From positions 1,703 to 65,702 of the forward strand of contig CALVMU010000001.1 of assembly GCA_944348085.1 (NCBI GenBank): a stretch of DNA of 64,000 nt, read 5' to 3'. The position numbers and the translations under genes are program-made. The notes under the pieces are model-generated. The model had not been told where the DNA came from, ran no database searches, and saw nothing but the letters and a program-made list of their open reading frames with translations. The first letter of the stretch is position 1. Every line of letters begins with the position of its first letter. Positions 6,966-15,998 of the stretch are shown piece by piece. The DNA comes from an uncultured Clostridia bacterium (GTDB taxonomy: Bacteria; Bacillota; Clostridia; Christensenellales; UBA1242).

Positions 6966-8378
6966 CTATTCAGAAAAAACATTGTCTTCGTCATCTCGTA
7001 TTCTATCGCTTACAAAATCTATGAAAAACTGCATGTCTTTTTTACTGATAGGTGTTCCTTTATGATAATTTGCTGCAACATTTATTCCCATTTTCTTTAA
7101 AGGTTTTAAAGAATGAACATGCCCAAAAAAGTTGATCATATCTGGTTTGGTTTTTGATGGAAAATGATTCATGTAAACATCAACGCCAAAAATCTTTTTA
7201 TCAAGCATCAAGCCTTCTTGATAAACATCTGCAAAACCAAGGTTTTTAAGTTTTTCTCTAAACTGCTCAAATGTCTCCCCTTTCGCAAGTTTTTCATGAT
7301 TTCCACAAATGAGGTAGATTTTTCCATTCAATCTTTTTACAACATTATAGTCGCCAAAATCGCCCAAGTGATAAACAATGTCCTTTTTCGAAACAACGCT
7401 GTTCCAATTTTTTACAAGATTTTCAGTCATTTCTTCTTTTGTTCTATAACCAAACTGACGAATTTTGTATTTTCGTGGATCATTGAAATGGGTGTCTGAA
7501 ATAAAGAAATAATTTCTTGGCGCAAAGTTGTTTGAAAGTTTGATAAGTTTTTTGGTAAAGTCTTTCCAAACGCCCTCAATTGATTTAAGGTCATAAATGT
7601 AATTGACCAGCTTGTTCATTGATGTTTTTGAAAAATCTTTCAAAAGCATGTTGACTGGCAATTGCTTTACATAACAAAAGTCAGAATTGATTAAATAAGC
7701 AATTGGAATAAGGCTATACATTCTGCAAAATTCCTGTGTAAAATCAATATTTTCAGTCAGTCTTTTATAAAGATAGTTGCCAAGTTGATTTACAGCAACA
7801 TCCTCTTTGATCTTTTCATAAGAAATTGCAAAAAGCTTGCCAATATAGCTTGGGAAAATTGTCAGCGATGCAGTTGACTTTGCCACAATTTCAAAAGCTC
7901 GTTTGTCGGCTTGATAGTTGATGTCAGTAAATTCTTGATGAAAAACATGTCTAAGTCCAAGCCACAAAACCTCCAAATTTTTGGCAATTGATGGCTTTTT
8001 CTCAATCGCCAAGGCAACATTTGTAAGAGAACCAAAACAAACGATGGTTGTTTTTGATCTGCTTGCAAGCTCGATTATCTTTTTGACCGCTGGTGAAGTT
8101 TGACTATAAAGTTCGTCACAAAAACCTTCACTGCCTTCAAGACAAATTTCATAATCCTTAAAACCAACATAACGCAAAATTCTGTGCGCTTCAAGCTCAT
8201 TTTCAAGCTGAGTGTCTCGCATGCTTAAACCTTTAAATTTGAATGGTGCAAGAGTGATTGCTTGAACCTCTATGCTAGGCTCAGCAAAAGCATAACAAAG
8301 CGCCAAATCATCTTCAACTGTATTGCCACAGTCGAGATCTATAACAATCTTTTTCGTCTTTAATTTTTCTTTTTTCAT
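6966..8378 (-). CDS. Fusion protein: inosine-uridine nucleoside hydrolase-like N-domain plus calcineurin-type metallophosphoesterase C-domain
   Basis: The N-domain has DLDCGNTVEDD (a DxDxxxDD-like motif with an insert) and FGSLTNVALAIEKKPSIAKNL (compare TGPLTNIALA). The C-domain has ISDTHF, HLGDFGD, CGNHE and GHVH metal-ligand motifs. Confidence 0.65.
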   Translation of the reverse strand: MKKEKLKTKKIVIDLDCGNTVEDDLALCYAFAEPSIEVQAITLAPFKFKGLSMRDTQLENELEAHRILRYVGFKDYEICLEGSEGFCDELYSQTSPAVKKIIELASRSKTTIVCFGSLTNVALAIEKKPSIAKNLEVLWLGLRHVFHQEFTDINYQADKRAFEIVAKSTASLTIFPSYIGKLFAISYEKIKEDVAVNQLGNYLYKRLTENIDFTQEFCRMYSLIPIAYLINSDFCYVKQLPVNMLLKDFSKTSMNKLVNYIYDLKSIEGVWKDFTKKLIKLSNNFAPRNYFFISDTHFNDPRKYKIRQFGYRTKEEMTENLVKNWNSVVSKKDIVYHLGDFGDYNVVKRLNGKIYLICGNHEKLAKGETFEQFREKLKNLGFADVYQEGLMLDKKIFGVDVYMNHFPSKTKPDMINFFGHVHSLKPLKKMGINVAANYHKGTPISKKDMQFFIDFVSDRIRDDEDNVFSE

Positions 8379-8501
8379 TATGTTTCCTCAAAAAGATTAT
8401 AACATAAAGATAAGGCAAAACAAAATATTTGACAAATTTTTCAAAAGATTTTGCTCTCGCGCTTTGATGTGATATAATTATAAAAATCAGTGAGGAGTAT
8501 T

Positions 8502-9239
8502 ATGATAAGAAAAACAGCGTTTATTACAGGTGGCTCTGGCGGAATTGGCAGCGCAACCGCTATTAAATTTGCAAAAGAAGGCTTCAATGTTGCAACAACT
8601 TTTTTGACAGGAGATGTTGAAAAATTAAAAAAAGAGTGCGAAAGCTTCGGCGTTGAATTTGAGGCTTACAAAATGGATCTTAGAGACGAGGTTTCAGTCC
8701 GCCAAACATTTGATAAAGTTTTTAAGAGATTTGACTATATTGACGCAGTTGTTTGCAACGCTGGCAAGGCTGACAAAGAAATGCTGTTCTCAGATGTGGA
8801 AACTGAAAACATCGATGAACTTTTAAACACCAATTTGAGAGGAACAATACTTTGCAATCAAGAGGCGTTTAAGCGTTTTATCAAACAAAAACATGGTTCG
8901 ATTGTCAATGTGACTTCTATTTTCGGCATCAATGGAGGGCCTTGCGAAGCTGTGTATTCTGCAACTAAGGGTGGAATTATTGGACTGACTAAGGCTGTTG
9001 CCATGGAAGGCGCACCTTACAAAATCAGAGTAAACGCGGTTGCGCCAGGCTATATCGACACCAAAATGACCGCTCATTTTACAGATGAAGAAAAAGCTCA
9101 TGCCGTGTCAGCAACTCCCCTTTCTCGCATTGGACAAGGTGATGATGTTGCTGAAACAATATTTTTCCTTGCTTCTGATAAGGCTTCTTTTATTACAGGT
9201 GAAGTTGTAACAGTTTCAGGTGGAGTGTTGAGGTTTTAG
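8502..9239 (+). CDS. Short-chain dehydrogenase/reductase (FabG-like 3-oxoacyl reductase)
   Basis: TGGSGGIGSA cofactor motif, YSATKGG catalytic motif, and NAVAPGYIDT. GAGGAG SD before the ATG at 8502. Confidence 0.8.
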   Translation: MIRKTAFITGGSGGIGSATAIKFAKEGFNVATTFLTGDVEKLKKECESFGVEFEAYKMDLRDEVSVRQTFDKVFKRFDYIDAVVCNAGKADKEMLFSDVETENIDELLNTNLRGTILCNQEAFKRFIKQKHGSIVNVTSIFGINGGPCEAVYSATKGGIIGLTKAVAMEGAPYKIRVNAVAPGYIDTKMTAHFTDEEKAHAVSATPLSRIGQGDDVAETIFFLASDKASFITGEVVTVSGGVLRF

Positions 9240-9240
9240 T

Positions 9241-9349
9241 GGGCGCCCGTCAGCCTTCTTTTGACAAGAAGGCTTTTTTTGCGCTCTTAAAAAGGCGCAA
9301 AAAAACAAACCCGCTTTCTTTTTGAAAGCGGGTTTGTCAACGGGCGCCC
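9241..9349. terminator. Convergent terminator pair plus a third hairpin, all enclosed by a 10-bp GC-rich inverted repeat
   Basis: GGGCGCCCGT (9241-9250) is complementary to ACGGGCGCCC (9340-9349). Inside are GCCTTCTT/AAGAAGGC followed by T7 (+ strand terminator), TGCGC..GCGCA, and AAACCCGCTTTC/GAAAGCGGGTTT (- strand terminator). Confidence 0.6.
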
Positions 9350-9351
9350 TT

Positions 9352-10083
9352 TCACTCACCACTATCATCGCCAAAGAAATCAAAAGCTTTCATAATCTCT
9401 TCAAGACTCTGCGTTGGACTGATTGCTTCTTTAAGGTCAAAACCGCTCGATTGAATCTTCATTGTTCTTTCATTTTCTTCAGGTCGCGTGCTTAAGAATT
9501 TATCAACCAAAGTGTCAAACTTATCATCTTCATTCAGCTCCATTTCGGTGACAGGCTTAATCATATTTTTTCCACTGCGCTCAATATGCACCTCTCTTGC
9601 ACTTTCAGGCTTATCTTTTTTGTATTGTTGCATTTTGCTAAGAAGAATTCGCATGCTGTCATTGTCAGAGACCGTGTTTGCAGAAACGACCTCTGCCTTT
9701 TTATCTTGATTTAAGATTTTTGAAATATCTTTCAAAAGCTGTTTGTATGAGGTGTTGTGTTCAATGCCAGGATATTTATTTTTCAACTCATCAAAAAAAG
9801 CTAAGATATGTTGATAGACAAGTTTAAACTGCTCGCCTCGCAAATTTTCAAGGTTTTTTGCGCCCTCGTCTTGAAATTTTTTGTAAGATTCAAGCACTGC
9901 AATAATGTTCTTTTGACGGTTTTCCACTTCTGCAGTATGGTTTTTAACCTCCAAAAGTTTGCGTTCTGATGCAATAACCTTGAGTTTTTCTTCCATAATA
10001 GTGGCTTCATATTCTCTTTTCAAATTTGCGATAAACTTATCAACTTCGCTTTTATTATAGCCATTGATTTCACTTGAAAACAT
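9352..10083 (-). CDS. DivIVA-domain coiled-coil protein
   Basis: The N-terminal GYNKSEVDKFIANL matches the DivIVA N-domain pattern (GYd..EVD.FL). The remainder is predicted coiled coil. Confidence 0.6.
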   Translation of the reverse strand: MFSSEINGYNKSEVDKFIANLKREYEATIMEEKLKVIASERKLLEVKNHTAEVENRQKNIIAVLESYKKFQDEGAKNLENLRGEQFKLVYQHILAFFDELKNKYPGIEHNTSYKQLLKDISKILNQDKKAEVVSANTVSDNDSMRILLSKMQQYKKDKPESAREVHIERSGKNMIKPVTEMELNEDDKFDTLVDKFLSTRPEENERTMKIQSSGFDLKEAISPTQSLEEIMKAFDFFGDDSGE

Positions 10084-10099
10084 AAATCTCCTCGCTTTT

Positions 10100-10609
10100 T
10101 TAAATCATATTGCTTAATATAAATATTAGCACAGAAAAGCAAATAATTGCAACAAAAAATGCGAGCGGAAGCACATTTATTTGAAAGAAAAAAGTAAATA
10201 GCGCACAAAAAATGAAGAAAACAAAAGATTTTGCGTGCAATCTGTTGTGAAAAAAAGCATAACTAAAAAGAGAAGCCAGTGCAAAGCCCATAAGAATAAA
10301 AGCTGGAAAAACATAGAAAATATTCATAAAAAAACAATAGAAATAAAGCGCGCCAATTGAAAGCATTAAAGCGCCAAAATAATATGAGCTGTCAATCCTT
10401 AAAAAAGCACCTCGAAGAAGAACGCAAAAGCCAGCTTCTATCAAAAAAGCAAAAAACCAAAAGTCTTTAAACTTTGAAAAAAAGATGAAATAAATGCTGG
10501 TAAAGCAAAACAGAATAAAGGCAAACGCAAAACTCGCTTGCAAAATGATGGATTTTTTGATTTTAAATATTCGCGACCTCATAAAAATATTTTGCCCACT
10601 TTTTTGCAA
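10100..10609 (-). CDS. Hypothetical polytopic membrane protein (Phe-rich)
   Basis: 169-aa ORF with 5-6 hydrophobic segments. No known motif. Confidence 0.5.
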   Translation of the reverse strand: MQKSGQNIFMRSRIFKIKKSIILQASFAFAFILFCFTSIYFIFFSKFKDFWFFAFLIEAGFCVLLRGAFLRIDSSYYFGALMLSIGALYFYCFFMNIFYVFPAFILMGFALASLFSYAFFHNRLHAKSFVFFIFCALFTFFFQINVLPLAFFVAIICFSVLIFILSNMI

Positions 10610-10630
10610 ATTAAAAAAAGAAATAGCGTT

Positions 10631-11620
10631 CTATTTCTTTTTCTCGTCATCTTTCGAAACTTCATCCGTCTCGCTTTTTTTATTGTCGGCAACCTCCTGC
10701 TTCTTGCTTGCAAGCTTTTTTTGTTTCTCTTCCTCTCTTTGCTGTTTTTTGAGTGCCTTCTTCTCTTTTCGCTGTTGCTCCTTCTCGCGCTCTTTTTGCT
10801 CATAATTTGCAATGCGCTCTGCCCAAATAGGTTTAAGCTCTGCCACAGACTTTGCTTTTTTGTATTTCACAAGCATAAAACTTGTAAAAATCAAAATAAC
10901 ACCACCAATGATAAGCAAAATGCTTAAAAGTTGTGAGACTTTGATTGAACCGAGATATAAGCTGTCCCCTCTCAGCGCTTCAATCCAAGCCCTGCCAATG
11001 CCGTAAAGAATAAAATACATCGCAATTGACGATCCACGATAGCGATATTTATCTTTGCGAAGCAGAACCATCAAAATGGCAAAGACAATAAAGTTCCAAA
11101 TGCTTTCATAGAAGAAGGTTGACAAATGCCACTCTCCATTGATCACAGTTGAAAGCGGAAACCACATAAGGTTTGGATCGGTCACCTCAATTCCATAACA
11201 GCAACCAGCAAAATAGCAACCTATTCGGCCAATCGCCTGCCCTAAAATAAGACTCGGAGCAATCACATCGGCAACATCCAGAAAATTTTTCTTATGGATA
11301 AGGCAGAATAATGCAACGCCTATTGCGCCACCAATGACACCACCATAAACGGCAAGTCCGCCATCCCAAATGCGAAAGATTTCGCCAAACGAATAGCTAT
11401 GGTCACTAAAAATCACATAATAAAGGCGCGCACCTATGATTGCGAGCGGAAGAACATAGCAAGCGGCGATAATAAAATCATCAGAAGTAAGCCCTCGAAG
11501 TTTTGCATTTTTGCAGGCAACATAAACGCCGAGTGCCATGCCAATAGCAATCAAAAGTCCATAATAAGTTATTTCTGCGCCAAACAGAAAAAAAGAATGA
11601 TCAGTAAAACCAAATAACAT
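10631..11620 (-). CDS. lgt: Prolipoprotein diacylglyceryl transferase with a ~70-aa Lys/Glu-rich C-terminal tail
   Basis: YYGLLIAIG, GGLAVYGGVIGG and GRIGCYFAGCCYG motifs. Confidence 0.85.
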   Translation of the reverse strand: MLFGFTDHSFFLFGAEITYYGLLIAIGMALGVYVACKNAKLRGLTSDDFIIAACYVLPLAIIGARLYYVIFSDHSYSFGEIFRIWDGGLAVYGGVIGGAIGVALFCLIHKKNFLDVADVIAPSLILGQAIGRIGCYFAGCCYGIEVTDPNLMWFPLSTVINGEWHLSTFFYESIWNFIVFAILMVLLRKDKYRYRGSSIAMYFILYGIGRAWIEALRGDSLYLGSIKVSQLLSILLIIGGVILIFTSFMLVKYKKAKSVAELKPIWAERIANYEQKEREKEQQRKEKKALKKQQREEEKQKKLASKKQEVADNKKSETDEVSKDDEKKK

Positions 11621-11698
11621 ACATATATTTTATGCTTCAAACAGACAAAAGTCAAACAAATTTAAAAAAAAACATCCCATGGCAACGCCATAGAATGT

Positions 11699-14600
11699 TT
11701 AAGCCACCCACTCAGTCCAATCAGAGCTTGACGTGATTTGACTTGTGATGTCCTCCGTCCAGAACTGCCCCATCCAAGACAAACCTTTTGGAATTGGACA
11801 GCTGTCAGTATTGAGCCATGCAAAACCTGAGAAATCGGTGCCAAGATAATACTTTACACCACCAGCAATCCACAGACAATTGGTGACTGTGCCAGAATTT
11901 GAACCATAAGGCGACAGCGCCTCATCCACAATTGCATAGCAGTTTTGAATGGTTGTAGAAGAATTAGTGATACGTCCAACAAAGATACCGACATCTGACG
12001 AACCGCTTATCACAGCCCCCTCAACTCCGCAGTTAGTCATGATTGAGCTAGAAGCGCTCCCCACAATTCCGCCAACATTAGAATTTCCACTGACATTTCC
12101 AAAATTTAAACAATTTTGAATGGTACTAGTTTGTATCTGTCCACAAATTCCGCCAACACTATTTCCACCACTAACAATGCCCGTAGTATAGCAATTAATT
12201 ATCGTGACACTGTTATAAGCATACCCAGCAATTCCGCCAACATATTCTGTTCCTTCAACAAAGCCGGTGTTGAAGCAATTGGATATGGTGGAATCGCTAT
12301 AAGCCTGTCCCACAACTCCGCCTACATAACTATGACCACTAACAGAGCTAGTATTAAAGCAATTGGTTATAGTTGCATTATAATTAATATACCCTGCAAT
12401 TCCACTAACATAACTATCACCCTGAATAAATGAATCAATCAATCCGACATTAGCTATCCTATTAGTTAAACTTTGACTGTTTACATACCCAAACAAACCT
12501 TGATAGTAATAACCATTGCCTGAGCCTGCTGGTGTATAGACACCTGAAACTGTGTGACCGCCTCCGTCATAATTACCTGAAAAATATCTCCTTGTAGCAA
12601 CCCCTTCTCGAGTGTAAGCCAAACCAATCGGTTGCCAGTAGTAGTCCGATAAATCTAAATCTTTTGTTTGCCTGAAAGTTACACCTTGGTAAAAATAGAA
12701 AATATTTACATAATTGTTAAAAGGTTTGTTATTATATATTGTCCACGAAAGAAATGCCAAGTCGGTTTCCGACTGGATAAGATATGTGGTTATGCTGGCT
12801 GAGGTGTCCTCTGCTAAAGTATAGTTATCAAAATCAACGCCGAGTGCTTCTTGAGCCGCTTCGTCTGTCCAATAAATGATTTCATGCTTAGTCATACCAA
12901 GACTTTGCAAATATGGATAGCCTCCACCACCAACATAATTGGGTACGCCATCTCCAATTTCCCACACAGTTTTAAAGTCCCATGAATAAGAGCTGTCCCA
13001 ATTGGAAGAGTCAAGATACCACTCTTCATTTTTTGCCCACTCATCAACTGGCGCGTCAATCTTGGTTGCACTGCCACTGCCATAGCCAATACCCTTGTTT
13101 AAAGTGCAATCTCCGCCATAATAAGTGCTTGTTATGGTTGTTGAGCCACTGGAGCTACGATAAGAATACCCCGCAACTCCGCCTTTATAGCTACCACTTC
13201 CACTTACAGAGCCGGTGTTATAGCAATTGGTTATGGTTGCACCATTAGCACGTCCCACAACTCCACCTACCCAATTATCTCCACTAACAGAGCTGGTATT
13301 AAAGCAATTGGTTATGGTTGCATCATCAGCACGTCCCACAACTCCACCTACAGCATCTCCTGTCTCGCTAAACCTTACTAGTGCTTCCACTGAGCCAGTA
13401 TTATAGCAATTGGATACTATGGCTGAATCAGCCTCCCCCACAACTCCGCCTACATCAGAATTTCCATTAACTGAGCCTGTGTTATATACATTTATTACCC
13501 TTGTATTATCATAAGCGTATCCCACAACTCCGCCAACATTAGAAGAACCACTAACTGAACCTGTGTTATATACATTACTTATAGTTAAATAAGAAGTATC
13601 CCCCACAACTCCACCAACATAATCTCCTGTTCCACTGACAGAACCTGTGTTATATGCATTACTTACAGTTGCATAACGAGCCTCCCCCACAACTCCGCCA
13701 ACATATTGATACCCCCGAATAAAAGAGTCAATCACTCCGAGATTTGAAATGTTTGCCTGCTGAGTTGAACTCCTGCCCAAGACATAACCAAACAAACCTT
13801 GATAAGAATAGCCCACTGGTGTATAGACGCCTGAAACTGTGTGACTGTCTCCATCATAATTGCCTGAAAAATATCTCTTTGCAGTTGCCCCATCTCGAGT
13901 ATAAAATATCCCAATCGGCTGCCAGTAATAGGCTGATAAATCTAAGTTTCTTGTTTGCTTAAAGGTTATGCCTGAGTAAAAATAGCGACCATTAAAGACA
14001 TGATTATTATAAGCTTTGTTATTATATATCGTCCACGAAAGAAATGCCAGGTCAGTTTCTGACTGGATAAGGTATGTAGTGGTGCTAGCTGAGGTGTCTT
14101 GTGCTAAACTGTAATTATCAAAATCTACACCAAGTATGTTTTGGGCGCTCTCGTCTATCCAATAATAAGGTCTATTATCCTCTGTGAACAAAACTGGATA
14201 GCCACTATTTTGTTCTGAATCAATATACCATGTCAAATCAAAATCCCATGAATAAGCGCCATCCCAATTGTCAGAGTCAAAATACCATTCTTCATTTTTT
14301 GCCCACTCCTCAACTGGTGCGTCAATCTTAATTGCTCTGCCACTGCCAGAGCCAATACCTTTGTTTAAAGTGCAATCTCCACCATAATATGTGTTGGTTA
14401 TATCTGCTCCACTAGCTGCTTGTCCAACAACTCCACCAACAGACTCTCCTGTCCCTTCAACAGAGCCAGTGTTGTAGCAATTGGTTATGGGCGCACGATA
14501 ACCATAACCAGTGCTACTACAGCCACTATATCCTGCAATTCCACCAATAGAGGTCATTCCACTTACAGAGCCAGTGTTGTAGCAATTTGTTATGGGCGCA

Positions 14601-15787
14601 TTCTTAATGTTGGACGTACCACCACAGCCACCATACCCTGCAATTCCGCCAATAGAGGTCATTCCACTTACAGAGCCAGTGTTGTAGCAATTTGTTATAG
14701 TACCATTATAAGCTCTCCCAGCGACTCCGCCAACCTCTTTATTTCCACTAACAGAGCCAGTGTTATAGCAATTGGTTATGGTTGCCGGAATCATTCCACC
14801 AACTCCGCCAACACCATCTTCTCCACTAACAGTGCCTGTGTTATATGCATTGCTTATAGTTGTATTAGAATGTGCACTCCCCACAACTCCGCCAACACCA
14901 TCTTCTCCACTAACAGTGCCTGTGTTATAGCAGTTGGTTATAGTTGTACTACTAGCAGTCCCTACAACTCCGCCAACATAAGAATAATACTCACCACTGG
15001 CACTAACAGAGCCAGTGTTATAGCAATTGGTTATGGTTGCGCTTTGAGCATACCCCACAACTCCGCCAACATAAGAAGAACCACTAACCGAACCTGTGTT
15101 GTATACATTGCTTATAGTTGCATTAGAATATGCATACCCCACAACTCCACCAACATCGTTATCACCTTGCACAAAAGAATCAATTACTCCAAAATTTGCA
15201 ATGCTCGCCTGCAGTGTCAAGCTTCTGCCCGCGACATAACCAAACAAACCTTGATAAGAATAACCATTGCTTGAGCCTGCTGGGGTAAACACTCCTGAAA
15301 CTGTGTGTCCTCCGCCATTATAGTTGCCTGAAAAATAGCGACTTGCACTTGTTCCGTCTCGTGTATAACCTATACCTATAGGTTGCCAATAGTATGCCGA
15401 AAGATCAAGATTTTTTGTTTGTTTGAAATATATATCTGAGTAATAATAATTGCCAGATACATGGTTATTGTAAGCATTGCCAGTATATATCGTCCAAGAA
15501 AGAAAAGCAAGGTCGGTTTTTGATTGGATAAGGTATGGATCTTCTCCAGAGCCTGAGCCTGAGAGTGTGTAGCTTGTAAAGTCAACGCCTTGCTCGGTTT
15601 GGGCTTCTGTGTCAGTCCAGTAATAATTTTTGTTGGTTGGCTGGTCAGCCGCGACTGCTATGTTTGAAAGGTCGGAGTCTCCACTGTCCGCAAAATTTAA
15701 GCCAACATTGACTGCGGTGCAAACAAAAAGGAGTGTTAAAAGAAGATAGATAAAATTGTTAAATTTGCTTTTTAACTCAAATTTCAT
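11699..15787 (-). CDS. Giant secreted GLUG-type repeat surface protein (1362 aa) made of three ~430-aa super-repeats
   Basis: The start was moved to MKFELK (AAAGGAG SD) and the N-terminus has a TM/signal segment. Each super-repeat has YLIQS.TDLAFLSWTI...YYWQPIG...FSGNY.G.GHTVSGV...GLFGYV followed by many ITNCYNTGSVSG..VGGVVG units. Confidence 0.85.
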   Translation of the reverse strand: MKFELKSKFNNFIYLLLTLLFVCTAVNVGLNFADSGDSDLSNIAVAADQPTNKNYYWTDTEAQTEQGVDFTSYTLSGSGSGEDPYLIQSKTDLAFLSWTIYTGNAYNNHVSGNYYYSDIYFKQTKNLDLSAYYWQPIGIGYTRDGTSASRYFSGNYNGGGHTVSGVFTPAGSSNGYSYQGLFGYVAGRSLTLQASIANFGVIDSFVQGDNDVGGVVGYAYSNATISNVYNTGSVSGSSYVGGVVGYAQSATITNCYNTGSVSASGEYYSYVGGVVGTASSTTITNCYNTGTVSGEDGVGGVVGSAHSNTTISNAYNTGTVSGEDGVGGVGGMIPATITNCYNTGSVSGNKEVGGVAGRAYNGTITNCYNTGSVSGMTSIGGIAGYGGCGGTSNIKNAPITNCYNTGSVSGMTSIGGIAGYSGCSSTGYGYRAPITNCYNTGSVEGTGESVGGVVGQAASGADITNTYYGGDCTLNKGIGSGSGRAIKIDAPVEEWAKNEEWYFDSDNWDGAYSWDFDLTWYIDSEQNSGYPVLFTEDNRPYYWIDESAQNILGVDFDNYSLAQDTSASTTTYLIQSETDLAFLSWTIYNNKAYNNHVFNGRYFYSGITFKQTRNLDLSAYYWQPIGIFYTRDGATAKRYFSGNYDGDSHTVSGVYTPVGYSYQGLFGYVLGRSSTQQANISNLGVIDSFIRGYQYVGGVVGEARYATVSNAYNTGSVSGTGDYVGGVVGDTSYLTISNVYNTGSVSGSSNVGGVVGYAYDNTRVINVYNTGSVNGNSDVGGVVGEADSAIVSNCYNTGSVEALVRFSETGDAVGGVVGRADDATITNCFNTSSVSGDNWVGGVVGRANGATITNCYNTGSVSGSGSYKGGVAGYSYRSSSGSTTITSTYYGGDCTLNKGIGYGSGSATKIDAPVDEWAKNEEWYLDSSNWDSSYSWDFKTVWEIGDGVPNYVGGGGYPYLQSLGMTKHEIIYWTDEAAQEALGVDFDNYTLAEDTSASITTYLIQSETDLAFLSWTIYNNKPFNNYVNIFYFYQGVTFRQTKDLDLSDYYWQPIGLAYTREGVATRRYFSGNYDGGGHTVSGVYTPAGSGNGYYYQGLFGYVNSQSLTNRIANVGLIDSFIQGDSYVSGIAGYINYNATITNCFNTSSVSGHSYVGGVVGQAYSDSTISNCFNTGFVEGTEYVGGIAGYAYNSVTIINCYTTGIVSGGNSVGGICGQIQTSTIQNCLNFGNVSGNSNVGGIVGSASSSIMTNCGVEGAVISGSSDVGIFVGRITNSSTTIQNCYAIVDEALSPYGSNSGTVTNCLWIAGGVKYYLGTDFSGFAWLNTDSCPIPKGLSWMGQFWTEDITSQITSSSDWTEWVA

Positions 15788-15808
15788 TGGTTGCTCCTTT
15801 TGACGAGG

Positions 15809-15898
15809 CGGAAACTGCCAACGCGCTAACCTTGCGCGTGGGTTTTGCCGAGAGGCAAAACGGAAAAAATTGCGGTGGCAATTTTTTGGCAGTTTCCG
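15809..15898 (-). promoter_or_regulatory. Structured 5' leader (four-way junction) of the giant surface protein gene; candidate cis-regulatory RNA
   Basis: On the sense strand, an 11-bp closing stem CGGAAACTGCC/GGCAGTTTCCG encloses three hairpins: AAAAAATTGC-cacc-GCAATTTTTT, GTTTTGCC-tctc-GGCAAAAC and CGCGC-aaggtta-GCGCG. It ends 14 nt before the SD. Confidence 0.5.
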
Positions 15899-15915
15899 AC
15901 CAGATTTCAATATAT

Positions 15916-15944
15916 ATTATAACTATTTTTTCAAATTTTTACAA
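15916..15944 (-). promoter_or_regulatory. Sigma-A promoter for the leader and giant gene
   Basis: The rc reads TTGTAA (15944-15939), a 17-nt spacer, then TATAAT (15921-15916). Confidence 0.55.
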
Positions 15945-15973
15945 ACAAATTACATAAAAATATATTTTTACAA

Positions 15974-15998
15974 CAAAAAAACTGCTAAAAAAGCAGTT
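15974..15998 (-). terminator. Intrinsic terminator after the Rho-like gene
   Basis: On the - strand, AAAACTGCT-ttttt-AGCAGTTTT is followed by a T run. Confidence 0.65.

Noticed and set aside
12116-15274. Long antisense ORFs inside the giant repeat gene (for example 14420-15274 at 284 aa, 12116-12433, 12982-13248)
   Set aside because: They are a by-product of the periodic Gly/Val/Asn-rich coding repeats on the opposite strand. They have low-complexity products and no start signals.
15788-15898. The leader considered as a c-di-GMP-I (GEMM-I) riboswitch
   Set aside because: Only short word similarity is present (GGCAAAAC, ACGCGCAAGG). The two-hairpin GNRA / tetraloop-receptor architecture of GEMM-I is not present. 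It is kept as an unclassified structured leader.
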